The position numbers were made by a program, and so were the translations under genes. A DNA stretch of 60,815 nt from Eremomyces bilateralis CBS 781.70 (taxonomy: Eukaryota): assembly GCA_010015585.1 (NCBI GenBank), contig ML975156.1; one strand, given 5' to 3'. Below are positions 11,765-24,715 of this stretch, piece by piece (positions within the stretch are counted from its first letter, which is position 1; each line of letters starts with the position of its first letter). A model generated the notes under the pieces. It did no database searches. It was given only the letters and a program-made list of their open reading frames with translations, and was not told the DNA's origin.

Positions 11765-13332
11765 TCACTCCTCCAGCACGACTTCAACGCCCCCAAATAT
11801 GCTTCCAACAGGCTTGTTGACGGATCGAATCTTCAGCCGCGAATCTGCCACTCTCAGCACCTCTCTCCAGTCGGCAACACCTCGCTCTCTAGCGTTGAAC
11901 ATCTCCATCATAAGCTGTGTCTCAGTCAGCAATTTGTCCGCACTATCCCATGAATCGAAATTTCTCCAATCACTCACCATGCTGAGAGCTGTAACATGAA
12001 TCTCTTCTTCCACCGTTAACTCAACCCCCTCCCCTGGCAACAGTCGCTCAACAATCAGAATCCTCGCCCCTTTCTTCATCGCTGGCACGATCTGCGCTAA
12101 AAGTTTTGCGGCCGTCTTGTCTGCATGGTTGTGTAAACACTGACGAATCAGATAGACATCTGCTTGGACACGCTGCTCCTCAAAGTAATCTTGAGCCATG
12201 AACTCTAGCCGGCTGCGGACCTCTGTCGGAAGGTTGGTGATGCGCTGTTCCTCTTTCACTTTCTCGACCACATCAGGGAGATCCTGTACTACCACGCGAA
12301 GTTCGGGGAAATGCTTCAGCAACAAAATCGACGCATGACCGGAGGATCCGCCGACGTCGACGACTGTTGCAGCTCCAATTGATGACCAGTCGTACATCTT
12401 TAGTAGATGTTCCGCCTTTTGGATATCGGATGTGGCGATGTTCTGCATTGCGACTGAGAAATCCCTAATTCGAACTGGGTCGGCGGAGATGTATTCGAAA
12501 AATGGCATGTCTGTCTTGTACGCTAGCCCAAACGCTGTCTCAGTGAGTTTATCTGTTCCACCATACTTGGTAGTGAGCTCCGGGAGCTTGGCGGCGATCG
12601 GCATGTAGAGATCCATGACCATATTAACGGACTTATTCCAGTTGGGGTTGGTAGTTATATGGTAGGAGAAAAACGAATGCGATACAGTGTTTGACTCGTT
12701 ACCACGCCGGAGTAAGCCACATGCGATGACAATACTGCTTACGACCATGAGCTGTTGGAGAGGGACATTGCATTGTGCAGAGAGCTCGGGGAGGGCAATA
12801 GGACCGTTCATGGGAATGGTCTTTAGCACATTGAACTCGAAGAGCCATTTCAATGCTGCCGCGGATTGGACCTATGCCACGAATGAGTATGGGCCACGGA
12901 TAACCAGGAGATGCAATGAGAAGAGGTTTTCATGACTGAAGCGTCTGGAAGCATCCCTTCGGTCCAATGACTCCAAATAAATATATAATATCATCGACTT
13001 TCAAACTAGTACTGATCACTGCTCCAACCCAGTTGATAATGAGGTATTATCACACCGCCTCGATATAGGAGATTCGTACTGACTGCTGACTGCCATGATA
13101 TAAAGACATCTGGCAAAGGTCTCAAAAGCTGCTGTATCAATGTCGAAGTACCTATGACCTTCCTCATAGACTTCATCATCTCTTCAGGAGCTCCGGGTGG
13201 AACACGCAACAACGAAGGATCGCCATCAAGCGCCGGTATCGGATGGTTGGAGGCCTCGCAGTACGAGGCGTATTCCTTCGCGGCATTGCTGAGATCCTCT
13301 GCGAGCTGGAGGATGTTTCTCGAATCTGACAT
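11765..13332 (-). CDS. SAM-dependent O-methyltransferase (Methyltransf_2; secondary-metabolism type)
   Basis: Exon 1 13332-13084, intron 13083-12872, second intron 11977-11915. Motifs VVDVGGSSGH, VVQDLP, FMAQDYF, ADVYLIRQCLHN, NARER. Confidence 0.9.
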
Positions 13333-14086
13333 ATTTTGAAGAATGAGAAGAAGACAAGCGTAGTAAATTGGCTAGAAATATGTACTTGTAGTTGAGGGGG
13401 AATACTAGGTTAAACACTAGAATTGGAGCTCGGGTATTGTGAAGAAAACTAACGTGTAAACCAGGAAACAGTAGATATTCGATAAGAGGATAAGAAATGT
13501 TAGAGGAATTAGAATCTCGCATTATTAGAGGTCCGGACTATTTTATATGGTCAACGGTACACAACAGTCCAGTGCTCGCTTAGAAAACGATAGGACGGCG
13601 ACGCTGCTGTCATCGGCAACTATTCTGACCATCTCAATCTACGCTTCTTGATGCGTCTGCAGCTGACCACGTCTTTCTTGTATTGGCGCTAATCGTCGTC
13701 ATGCATCAGGTTGCATCGGATAGGGGGTAGTAGTCGCATACACATCCATCTTCTGAAGCTTGAGGGGAGCAGTTAGGAATAGGATGGGGAGCCGAGCTCC
13801 CAAGGGTTAGAGAGCGACCTCGCCTTTCATTTCGTTCCTGTTGACCTTCTCAACAGCATCTCCATCGGCTGGCTACCGCCGGAAAACTCGCCCCAAGGCT
13901 GAACGCCCGAGGATACCGTTTTATGTTCACCGGACACCGGTCGTGGAGGGGTTTGGTTATTCAACGATCGAATTGTCGACCATCAACCTGGATTCGGCTT
14001 ATTTTCAACGGCGAGTACGAAGCTTAACGGTTCGGATCTCGTCAACCGGGAAGGCGTCGAGGCGCATGCATATTCCATCTACGGAT

Positions 14087-14577
14087 TAGGGCTGGACACG
14101 AATATTCGACTATTCGTATTCGTACGAATATTCGTAGTCGAATACGAATAAAATTTAGAATTTCCGCTTACTAATATTCGTACGAATAATATTCGCATTA
14201 TTCGTAATTATTCGTAATTATTCGTCTATCTCTGAAGCTATTTCCATGTATCTCGCATCGGAGAGATGGTCGACAGAGAGCTTTAAGCTGGGGTCACTTG
14301 GCTTGCTGAATCGTCAGGAGTGATCAATTCGACGCTATTGATATGCTTTGTATCTCTTAGAGCTCAAATCCTCCAGATCGTGTTCGGGTAAACAAAAGTC
14401 GCGACTGTTGGGCATTCATTCATTGGCTCGGCTTTTGCCGAATAAGTCTTGGCATTATTTACGAATATTCGCGAATAATACGAATAAAACGTCTCAAAAC
14501 TTAGTCGAATACGAATAATCGTTCAAGAGGAAAAGTCGAATACGAATAGCCAAAATCCTTATTCGTGTCCAGCCCTA
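14087..14577. mobile_element. Non-autonomous hAT-like DNA transposon (MITE), 491 bp
   Basis: Perfect 18-bp TIRs (TAGGGCTGGACACGAATA / TATTCGTGTCCAGCCCTA); identical 8-bp TSD CTACGGAT at 14079-14086 and 14578-14585; many subterminal TATTCG/CGAATA motifs; no ORF. Confidence 0.95.
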
Positions 14578-16317
14578 CTACGGATTATATGCCGAGAAGT
14601 TGAAATGCAGGGCCAGTCGTTCTGTTGGTAGAATTGATTTGCCCTTGCATTGTGTGCTTGGAGACCAGATACTCCGTGGGTCTCAAATTGATACTCAAGA
14701 TGCTATCCCTACCTCCGTCCCAACATTTGGCTCGGGACTTCTGTTCATCGTCAGTTTTTAGCCGCTTGCCAAGTTTATTTCATATGGCGTCGGGTCATTT
14801 CAAACTGCTGTTTCTGTGAGCCTGAACAGAAGAACCATTTATACGGAGTACAATGCTCCACGAACCGGACTCTGGCATGGAGGTTTCTTTCTCTTCGACC
14901 TATCTTGAGCACTACCTATTCCCTTCGGCCACGGCCTGTCGAAAAGTCCTTGATACCTTCTGCCGGAACCCTATCTTCGTTGTGAAAACAGCGATTTCAG
15001 CTCAAGAGGATTGGAGCCTCGTCAACAGAATGAGTATGAAAACCAGACCGGAGATGAGGAAAGAACCAATCTAGAGGAAGGCTAATTATATGATATATGG
15101 AAGAGTCCTCTTGTTCACGCCATTCCGCGTAGCCGAATCAGCAATGGGATTTTCCTGCATCCTGGTCTATAGCTTGCTCGTGGACTTGCAACAGGTTTCG
15201 ACTAGGTGTACTCCAAACAAAAGTCGGCTTACAACCCGGAGAAGCCGAATACATCAAACGATCATAACGTGATGTGCTGCAGTTCTAGAAGGTAAGCCGC
15301 AAGGAGCATGTCTAGCGACGGAACAGCCGGCCCTGCTCGAAAGTCGAAACCCAGCAAACCCCCCAAGTCCGCAACCACCTCTTCCTTTCCACACCAAACG
15401 CCTCCAATGTTTCACCAGAAGTTCAAACATCCACCGTGCGACACCGTTTCATACGACGCTCACATCGTATCGACTCCATGCGCATATAGTAGCGGTGCAA
15501 CTTAAGCTTTTTCCTTTGCGACATTCCAGTTACCGGAGAGCAGCCGCCGCAAGTCTGATCGGAATCCCCGTCGCCGTCGGATGTCGCCCAGGCGCTGCGC
15601 GACCGGCATCATGACCCCCCAGCTTGTTTATTTGAGACAATGCGGTGATGCTCCTCCGCCAGATGGCTTGCCGGAAATGGATAAGTCGCGGTGGGAGCCA
15701 GTCAGCCAGGACTTTTTGTGCACAAAATCTAAGTTGCTCCGAGGGAGAACTACCGAGAACTCGCTGAGAAGAGTGCCAGGTCTAGGGATAGGCGCGGTTG
15801 GCAGCGCGGTTGGCATCGCGGATGGAATCCTTGCTTGTGTTGTGCACGACGGGGTGTCACGACCACGGCTGGTGTCGTCTGTAGAACAGTAGAAGTCTCA
15901 ACGTTAAGGGCAAATATCTCTCCTCTCGTATTCTTTCTCTACTTCATCATCATCTTCTCCTCCTCCTTCCTCTCCTTCGTCAGATTTTCAGCATGAACTC
16001 GTGATGATGGCGACTGTTTTGAGATGCATGTGAAATGCATGTGCGCACCCAATATCATCATTGCCATGCCTTCAGCAGTCTTACTCAGAGTCACGTTCTT
16101 ACTTCCTCTCCAGAAGTACCGCTTATGGCGACATGTGACCTATGTGATCGATATCTGCGCATATATTCTAGAACTTCAGAACTGAACCCGGGATCGAATG
16201 CCTTCGAAGCGGTTGATATGCTCTCCTTCTCTCACTACGATTTCCTATTCAACTCTACAACTCCCTGCGTAACTCCCTTCGCAACTCCCCCCGAACTCTC
16301 TTCGCACAGTGATCACC

Positions 16318-16919
16318 ATGCAGCACTGGCTCCGATACATCGTGATCGCATTCCTCCCGATCACCGCCCTCGCCAGCGATCTGCGAATCATGCGCGATGA
16401 GCTCTCCGAACGCGACGTGCCCGGCGTAAGTTCCCACCGTCCCAGCTTTGCCCTGAGGAACGTCACTGACTCCCAATGAACCTGTCTAGCTATACGTATG
16501 CTCGGAGGAAAACTTCAAAGGCTACTGTGGCTACATAGCCCACACCGCGAACACAGGGTGCCAGTCATTCCCAGATCCCACCCCGAGTTGGTAAGTCCTC
16601 TTGCCTACCCCATCCGCCTTGATTGGATTGACAGTACTAAATACTCCTAGGCCCAGCATCAAGTCCATCGGCCCTGATCGCGGCCAAACCTGTCGCGTGT
16701 TCCAGTAACCCTCCCTGCCAACCCTCTGATTCCCCCTCCTTTATCGAAAAATTCTGACCTGATCTCTCCCACCGCAGGAATACCGGCTGCACCGGGCTCG
16801 CCGTGCGCAATCCCTCTGGAATCTCCGAGATTCAATACCCCGGGCTGGCGTCCTTCTCCACCCCGAAACTGTCGGCGTCGGATCCGGAGTGGAAGCCGCA
16901 GACCTATATCTGTTACTGA
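16318..16919 (+). CDS. Small secreted cysteine-rich protein, 134 aa, 6 Cys, beta/gamma-crystallin-like pattern; effector candidate
   Basis: Exons 16318-16425, 16490-16590, 16651-16704, 16778-16919 with GT-AG introns and consistent phases. Signal-like MQHWLRYIVIAFLPITALA, then LYVCSEENFKGYCG..C..IKSIGPDRGQTCRVF..C..IQYPGL..WKPQTYICY. Confidence 0.85.
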
Positions 16920-18948
16920 ACGGACGATGAAGAAATAGTGCTGCACGGATATGCGATGCTATTGAATGGTTGATTGATTCGCAAGTTATGGAATTATGGT
17001 GCGGAATGGGTTTAGTGGCGATGTTGTACGATTCATGGAATATCAGGCAGAGAAGGCACGATATTTATGCCGTGGGACCCAGATGAGCGGCCATGAAGGT
17101 CGATGCAAGGACCGCAGGCTACCATGGGAATCTCTCCGGCTCTCTACGATTCTCCCTGCCCGCACCAGGAGCGGATGGACCAGAAACACCAAGAGAGAAA
17201 AGCATCGGATATGGGTATGCATCGGATACGGGAATGCATAATTCCCAGGGCTGAAGGCACGCTGACTTTGCGCAGTCAGTTGCTGCATCGGAAGAAGAAC
17301 AACCGCTGTATCCGCCGTCTCTTGAAGAGCATGGAAAACGGATTATAGGCATGGTCATATACTTCCATAATCGAAAGCGCTGAATAGAAATGATAGCGCC
17401 GGATCGCGCAACTGAAATATTCCAATCCACATGGTGACAGTGCACATCGCATTTATTCCCCACGCCGTTCCTTCGTTTCTAGTAGTGTAAGTTTCGAATC
17501 TCCGAAGAGTGCTTGTCAGAGGTGACGGCGAGATTCGTGATCCGGATCTGCGTCGCACTGGCCGGAAGAGTTTCGGTGACTTGGTGAACTTCATTGCATC
17601 CGAGAGCCAGTCCAATCTCAGGGATCGAACTGAGCGGTTTGAAACGGATGCATCAAGGGTACCTAAACGTAATCAAGTACGCGGATACATTGATTATGGT
17701 AGTACTTTGTTGGACGGCAGAACATGCCACCACTGTTCTGCCAATGTTATAACCGTGGTAGATGATGGTATATGCCTCTCCCCTGTCCATCCCACAAATA
17801 GAGAGGAGTTATCTTATTTACGCAGGTTGGACGTCGTGATTCGGGAAACACAAAATTGAAGGATGCGCTGGATGGCTGGGGTAGACAGCCTGGCACCAGG
17901 GTTGGATCATAAAAGGGCAAGAAGGGCATTGGGTTAAAGAAAGACATCTATGGATCGAGAGGACGATAGCGATCAGTTTTGGATAGAACGGGATTGAGGA
18001 AGAGGGGGTGGAGAGCCAGGGGTGGCAGAGACGCCCAGGAGGCATAATCACCCGGACATATCGTCAGGGATGTTACCCGTCACAACAAATATAAGGTCAC
18101 ATTTTATCGCGAGAACATATTCAATGAGGGAACCACTGCATTTTGAGATGGCCCTCAACGGCTGTTACGCCGTTGCCTCCGCTGGCTAAGCTAATAATTG
18201 GCTAGGCCGATTATCCACTCCCTGGATCTTGCATGAAAGCGCAATCATGCATGGATGAAATAAACGCAACGCCCCAGGGCATCTGAGCAGAACAGGACAG
18301 AGAAGAGAAGGGCCAAGCCTGGCCTAACCACGGCTCGCTCGCTTCTTGCAATTGAGGACAATGATGTTGACCTCTGCCACTGCCTCAGATCTTCCCTGTG
18401 TCCATCGCTCACCTAGCAATCTGATTTCCATCCTCGCCAATAATCAATCTCTCTCTTTCTCTTCAACAACTAATGAATAAGATGCGGAACACGCATCACG
18501 GCCTCATGGTGAAGACCGAACCCGAAAAGCAACGCAAACGCAGACTAATCAACGTACAGACCCTATCCACGCCCGTTTTCAGGCATGGCGATGACGGGTA
18601 GCGAGGAACGGCAAAGGGGAAATGATGTGCGATCGAGAGACCCGTGAATCTAAGTCTGCTGTAAGGGGAAAGGAGTAAAAGAAGTAAGAAACCCCCGAGT
18701 TGCGTTTTAGTAAAGCCGACCGTTTCCGGAAAGAAGACCGAGATAACACCGTGCAATGCAGTTCTGTTGTGTAGACGATGGAGGCGGGAAAATGAAACAT
18801 GGTGGTCGTGATGGGTCGGATATGGTGGGGTGGAAACGTGGGAGAATAGACCTTGAAGTAGACACCGAACTTCATGGTCCGTGGAAGGTGTCTATGGTAC
18901 ATCGGTGCCTTGAGAAATGAGTGATCATCCGTTGTAGACAAGTGCAGC

Positions 18949-19931
18949 TCATGACTTGCGGAAGTCTAGACATGTTAGAGATGGCCGGGCCAATGCGACA
19001 GCAATCGGCCATTCTTACCTGACAACACCGGATAGATCAGTTCGAATGCCTGGTAGATCTCCTCACGGACTTTTGCGCCAGTGAGGACGATCTTCCCGCT
19101 CACAAAGATGAGCAGCACGATCTTCGGCTTCATCATGCGGTAGATGAGACCCGGGAACAACTCCGGCTCGTAGGAGCTGAAGTGGTGATGGCGCGAGGCC
19201 AACCCCTCAAGTCGAATCGGGAACTTGATGTCACACGACCCAACGATATTCTGAATCTTGAAGTCGGTGAACTTGGCGTTGAACCCAAGCTTCTGAATGA
19301 TGCGAGCGTACTTGCGCGAGGCAAGCTTCGAGTCATCTTCCGATTTGGCACCCGTCACGACCATCTTGCCCGAAGCGAAGATGAGAGCCGTCGTCTTGGG
19401 TTCGCGAATACGCATGATGACGGCCGCGAAACGCTAAAAGCGAATGCCAGTTCAGTAAATGTGAAGTCCAACCAAAACACTTCGGGAGATGAGTTTACCT
19501 TTGGGTTGTACTCGGCGTTGCGGGCATGCAAGGCGATGGTTTTGAGATCCAAGCGGCAATCGAGATTGACGGTGGCGACGATGTTTCTTTCGAACACATA
19601 CGCATTAACACCAGACCCAACTCTTTGCAAGAACTTGAGATCAAAAAAGGATTACTCACTGCAACGTTGGAACGATGCCGCTCACTCCCTGAGTGGCACC
19701 TGGAGTCGCTGCCGGCGTCGCGGGCATCACCCCGTTGCCTGCTGAACCTCCATTAGCGACCGGCTGGGAACCGTTCACGAAGCCGTTCGCACCGTTATTC
19801 GGTTGGGACTGTCCATCTTTCTCAGACGGAGGCGTCAGATCACCGGCTCCACCAGGGAAGGACAGTGACGCGGGAGACGTGAAGGCTTTGGCCTGTTGCG
19901 CGGTCGCCGGATGTGTCGTGAGAGAATCCAT
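18949..19931 (-). CDS. SPT15: TATA-box binding protein
   Basis: Exons 19931-19660, 19586-19499, 19433-19019, 18965-18949. Core [82 protein letters not shown]. Confidence 0.99.
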
Positions 19932-22432
19932 GATTATTGTCGGTCGGAAACCTTCACTTGATGAGAAGTGATGGATACTTGAGTTGAACGGACAGAGGAT
20001 TCGAGCGATATCGCTGATTAGCAGTCTGAGAACCAGAGATGATGTCAGGAACAAGTTATTTTGAAGAAGTAAAGATGTGTGAAGGATTTGTTTTTATGCA
20101 GTGTGGGAAGTGGAGCTGGCGAAGAGAGAAGAGAGAGGTGTCGAGTGAAGTGTGAACAGTGTTCGAGTGAAGATTGTGTTGTGAATGTGACGGCGACGAT
20201 TTTGCTTTGCAATGATCGAGGTCGTGCGATCGCTCCAGCGACACAAGGTATTTCACTTCGCCTCTTTATCTCTTATCAACGGGAAAATTCGTACCGTCAC
20301 TGGGAGATGAACAACTGAATGTCTCCCCTACAGTTGCTGCTGATTTCAGTTCGTCAATTCAAAGTAGTAGCGCGGTCCTGTAACCGGCTGATTGGAGACT
20401 GTAGGTCACGACCAGGTCTTTCGATCACGAGAAAGACAACAGGCGATGTCCACTAGCCGTCGGTTGTCGATGCACTTGATGGCAGTCGATGCGACCAGGC
20501 TTGGAGGTCAAGAAGTCGATAAAGATCGATGGGATACGGAGTATTGGAGGAGGTTGGGAGAGATTCGATGTTGCGAGGTTGCGATACAGAGGCCGATAGA
20601 TGCCTTGTTCTGGTTCGCGACGTCGCTCCTATGACGGATTGGGTAAAGGCCCGCAATTAAATTGCAGCAGGTACCTTTTTTCGTCTCTCAGAATCCAGCC
20701 AAAATCCTCACTTGCGCGAGATCCAGCGACCGAGAAGATGGCGATTCTCAGTCCCGAATGGATATTGGGGGATGTGGAAGCGGAGAGATCGAGAGGGCGA
20801 GAGAGAGAAGGTGGTTGGGTGGAAATGAGAGGCAGCGGTTTTCTCACCCAGGGCGCAGAATGGGAAAGGGCAATGCCCGCGCGAGCGTTGGGGGTTGCGC
20901 CTCCTTAAGTACTGAATGACTCACACCTGCCCCCCTGTCGCAGTTGTCTCGCCCTTTCGCCGGCGCTGCTGCGGATTGGTCGAATGATCGAGAACCAGCG
21001 AATGGGGGCGCTGGTTGGGGGGACCGGGGTTATTAGGGGGAATTGGGAGGCGAAAATATGTGGGAAGTACCAGTCTTTGCCGCGCGCTCAGACATTCTCT
21101 GGACCAATCATTGGCTGCAATTTCTCTCTGCTTGGCCGTTACCACACAAATTTCCACAGGGCATCGTCATCCATACCGGATGCAGACTAGTGTCTTACGT
21201 CCCTCAGCCAATTATTGCACCGGCTACTCTTCCTAGCAAGAGGCCAGGTCCTTCGGCCTTCCATGATCCATCCCAACTTCTAACTCTCAACAAAACAATG
21301 TGGCCTGAACACAAACCTCCCAGACAGTTATCGTGAGTATTTGCCACGTGATTCCAGGTCCAACCTTGCAGTCAAGGTGCGAAATCTTTGTCGCATCATG
21401 ATGGAAAGATGTAAGTGTCACAAATGGATATGTGCGGGTCAAACCACCGGATACGAGCGGAATGCGACCGACCGACCGCCCAATTTGATTGATCACTCGA
21501 CTGCGCATCCCTTTCAATATGACGAGATCACAAACGTTTGGTTAGGCAGCAACAAACCCGTCTATCGATGAGGCTGCGAATGGATATACGCTCCATGAAC
21601 CTTTAAGCAAATCCTGCATCCTAACAGTGCAAACTGTATGGATATCCCGGCACCGATGGCAGGCAAGACGGCAGTTTGTCTAGCCAATGACCGCCGAAGA
21701 GCCAGCTCTCCAATCGCGATCGACCCAGTACTACTATCAAGTATCAACAAAATGTGGCAGGATCGTCGGCCTGTAGTCAAAACTGAAGAGCCGCCTTAGA
21801 TCTATGCTGCGGCCTGCGAGGAATCCCCCCACTAGAAATCGTAGGATGAGGGCAAATTATATTGGAAAGAGCATGGCAGAAATGGAGCGACTAGGTACAG
21901 ATGCGAGCGCTGCTGCCTACTGGCACCCTGCCACCCGTCATCCTACAGGTTTGCTATTTGGAACGATGGCTCACTATTGACATGATGCATCGCATTCCAG
22001 TTTCCTCCGCTATACATGCGGCGAGGGTTGAAAGAGAGAAAACTGATTGTACTCGGTGCTGTCATGTCACACGAGCAAACTGCATGGCGACCGGAGGGGC
22101 AGGTTGAGAACAGGGGGGAATTTTCTAGCGACGATCTGGATCGCTTCGGTAGAATCAATGTGTGTCGCTGCCAGACCCACCGGGACATCTTATGTCGGAT
22201 AGACAATCAGATTTCACCTTTCGCACGCTGGTGTCTTGGTGGCCATCGATGACGAGAGACAACTGGGGGCGGGCGCATATCTCCAGGCATCATCCGACCC
22301 CAGAAGTCCCGCAGCCTCCTGAAGGATGGCCGCTGGTATACATTCGCCATATGACAATACTCTGGTTTGATCGTAAAAAGGCATAATCACATTAACCTGG
22401 GTATCAAAAAGTAATCCATAGCAATCCAACCC

Positions 22433-23752
22433 TCACCTATCACGTACGAATTCCCCCAACCTCGACCGTCTTCGAACGTTCTCCCCCGCCCTCTCGCTCT
22501 CCAAGCTCGTCCCTAACCCGGAGTCTGACTTTCCACCGAACCGCTCCGCTGGCGACAGCACCGTATGACCTTCATCTTCCTCATCGTCGGCCTCCGCGCC
22601 CGCTGGCATTTCCAACTGCGGTAGCAGTTCCTCCTCGCCTTCTTCCTTCTTAATCTTCACGCTAGTAGACTGTGATGGTCCTAGTCTTGAGAATGTGGGG
22701 AAATGCCTTTCCGTATCAGACAACCCACTCTCGTCGTCTTCTTCCACCTTAACCTCCAATCCCGTCTCCTTCTTTCCGTTCCTCCCCAACCCTCTACCCT
22801 TCATTTCCCCGCCGTCCCCCTCTCCCGCAAAGTAACTCATCAACCCAACCCACACCACCAAAAACATCCCCATCTCCACCCCCCAGAACAACCCCGTCCC
22901 CACCACAAAGCTCCCTACCCGCCACCGATACATCACCCACCTTAGCCCCTCATACCTTGCCTCCACCTTCAACCTCACCTCGTATATCTGCAGCTCCGCC
23001 CCCCCGTCGCTCTCCACCGCCACCCGCGCCGCACGGGGGACGTTCAGAACCCCTTTCGCGAATTTCACTCCCGACGCCATCGGGACGGTGATTTTCTCGG
23101 ACTCGTGGCGCATACCGGTGACGAGGAAGGGCAGGCGGAGGGCCTTGTGGAGCAGTTCGAAGGCGGCGGAGCGGTAGGTGAGGATGGCTGGGCGGCGGGC
23201 GTGGACAAGTGGAGGGGTATCGGAGGGGGGATCAGGCGCGGGGGCAGTGGTCGTGGTCGTGGATCCCCTCGTGGAGAGGCGCAGATCCACCATGAAGTTC
23301 CCGGCGGCGGCGTTGGATGGCGTGCGCGGCATGTGCAGCAGCACGGAGAAGTCATACGGCTGGTTCGTGGCGAGGGGGTGGGCGAGGGTAAGGTGGGCGT
23401 GGGGAGCGTGAGGAGCGTATGGAGCGGGGTGGGCATGGCGTGTGTGGAATTGGAGATAGATCGGTTGGGTGAAGCCGCGGGAGGGGATGTAGGAGAGGTA
23501 GAAGAGGATGTAGGCGAGGACGGCGACGGAGAGGAGGAGGAGGGAGGTTAGGATGAAGATGAGGGTGGTGAGGTAGGCTTTTCGGGCGGGTTTGGAGATG
23601 AAAGGGGCGATGGGGCGGAGAAGGGTGGACTGGCGGGAAGGGAACTCCGGTTAGTTGTGTCTTTCATAATATGTGCGGTTTGGGGAGCTGTTCGGATATG
23701 AATATACCTTTATGACAGCAAACAACCTGCGGTCTTCGTCCAGATCCTCCAT
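22433..23752 (-). CDS. SEI1: Seipin (adipose-regulatory / lipid-droplet assembly protein)
   Basis: Exon 1 23752-23708, intron, then KAYLTT-TM1-FYLSYIP..IYLQF..NQPYDFSVLLHMPRTPSNAAAGNFMVDL..ARYEGLRWVMYRWR-TM2 and an acidic tail with DSGLGTSLES. Confidence 0.9.
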
Positions 23753-24715
23753 TGCTTCCAGCTCTTAGGTATGTTCTTATCTAAAGATAATCGTATCCAT
23801 TGACGCTATGTTCAAGAAACGAAGGCACGATGTGGGAGACTGGGAGTTCCGGGTGATTCCATGATCGATATTGATGTAGGGACCATGATATGACGAAACC
23901 GCATTCCAACATCTGAGGGGATAGAACATCTGAGCGCTGGAGTATCCCTGTCCCAGTCCCTCGGAGGCTCCCTCCTTCGGAGGCTCGGAGGCTCCATCCA
24001 GTCTAATAAGGCGTTCAGGCACTCAGGCACCCAGGCACCAGCCGCTCGGGCACTCTGGAGAGTGGAGACCTTTGCAGCCTGGAACGTGCCCAGAGTGTCC
24101 CTGCCAAACTGGGAAAGTCCAACCACCGCAGGGAGGCAGCAAGGACTGAAGCCTGAACTGCATACGGAGTACTCCGTATCGTCACTTCGTCTCTCGCCTG
24201 TTTATCAGCACCCTGACGACCCTTGATTCCAATGCTTATTCAAATGCGCATTCAGATCTTGTTGATAGCAGCCATTGACTGCCGCACTTGAGAAACCTCG
24301 GCTCGTAATGGGGCTGAAATATTGACACATCCATCCGTGTTCTTCTACTGCAGTCGAGTGATATCTAATTTATCACTTTCAAAAGAGCAGAGGCACTCGG
24401 GAGGGGGAATCTATTGCGACCATCTCATAGTGTCAACATCTAAGCCAGAGATATCGGTTCGCAGGATTGATGTTGAATGATCGGGGATCTTTATTGCAGG
24501 AGACTGGGAACTTCTCCTCGGATGTGAATTCACTTCACCACCACATCCGATTGATAAACTGAGTAACCGCCGCACAACACAGCGTCTTCCTTGAATCCCT
24601 TCACCTTAACCTTCACCTTTTACCTTCTTACCTTCTTTCTTCTTATCCCCCTACTCATTGAGATTCTTCGTCCATCCATTCCATCTATCAATCCATCGCA
24701 CCAGCAACCAGAGCC

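Noticed and set aside
13803..13810. CTAACCCT (minus strand) as a telomerase RNA template
   Set aside because: Only 8 nt, and only ~470 nt separate it from the OMT start on that strand. No longer template-like match was seen in the intergenic DNA I scanned; the CCCTAACCC hits at ~10325 and ~22511 are inside coding genes.
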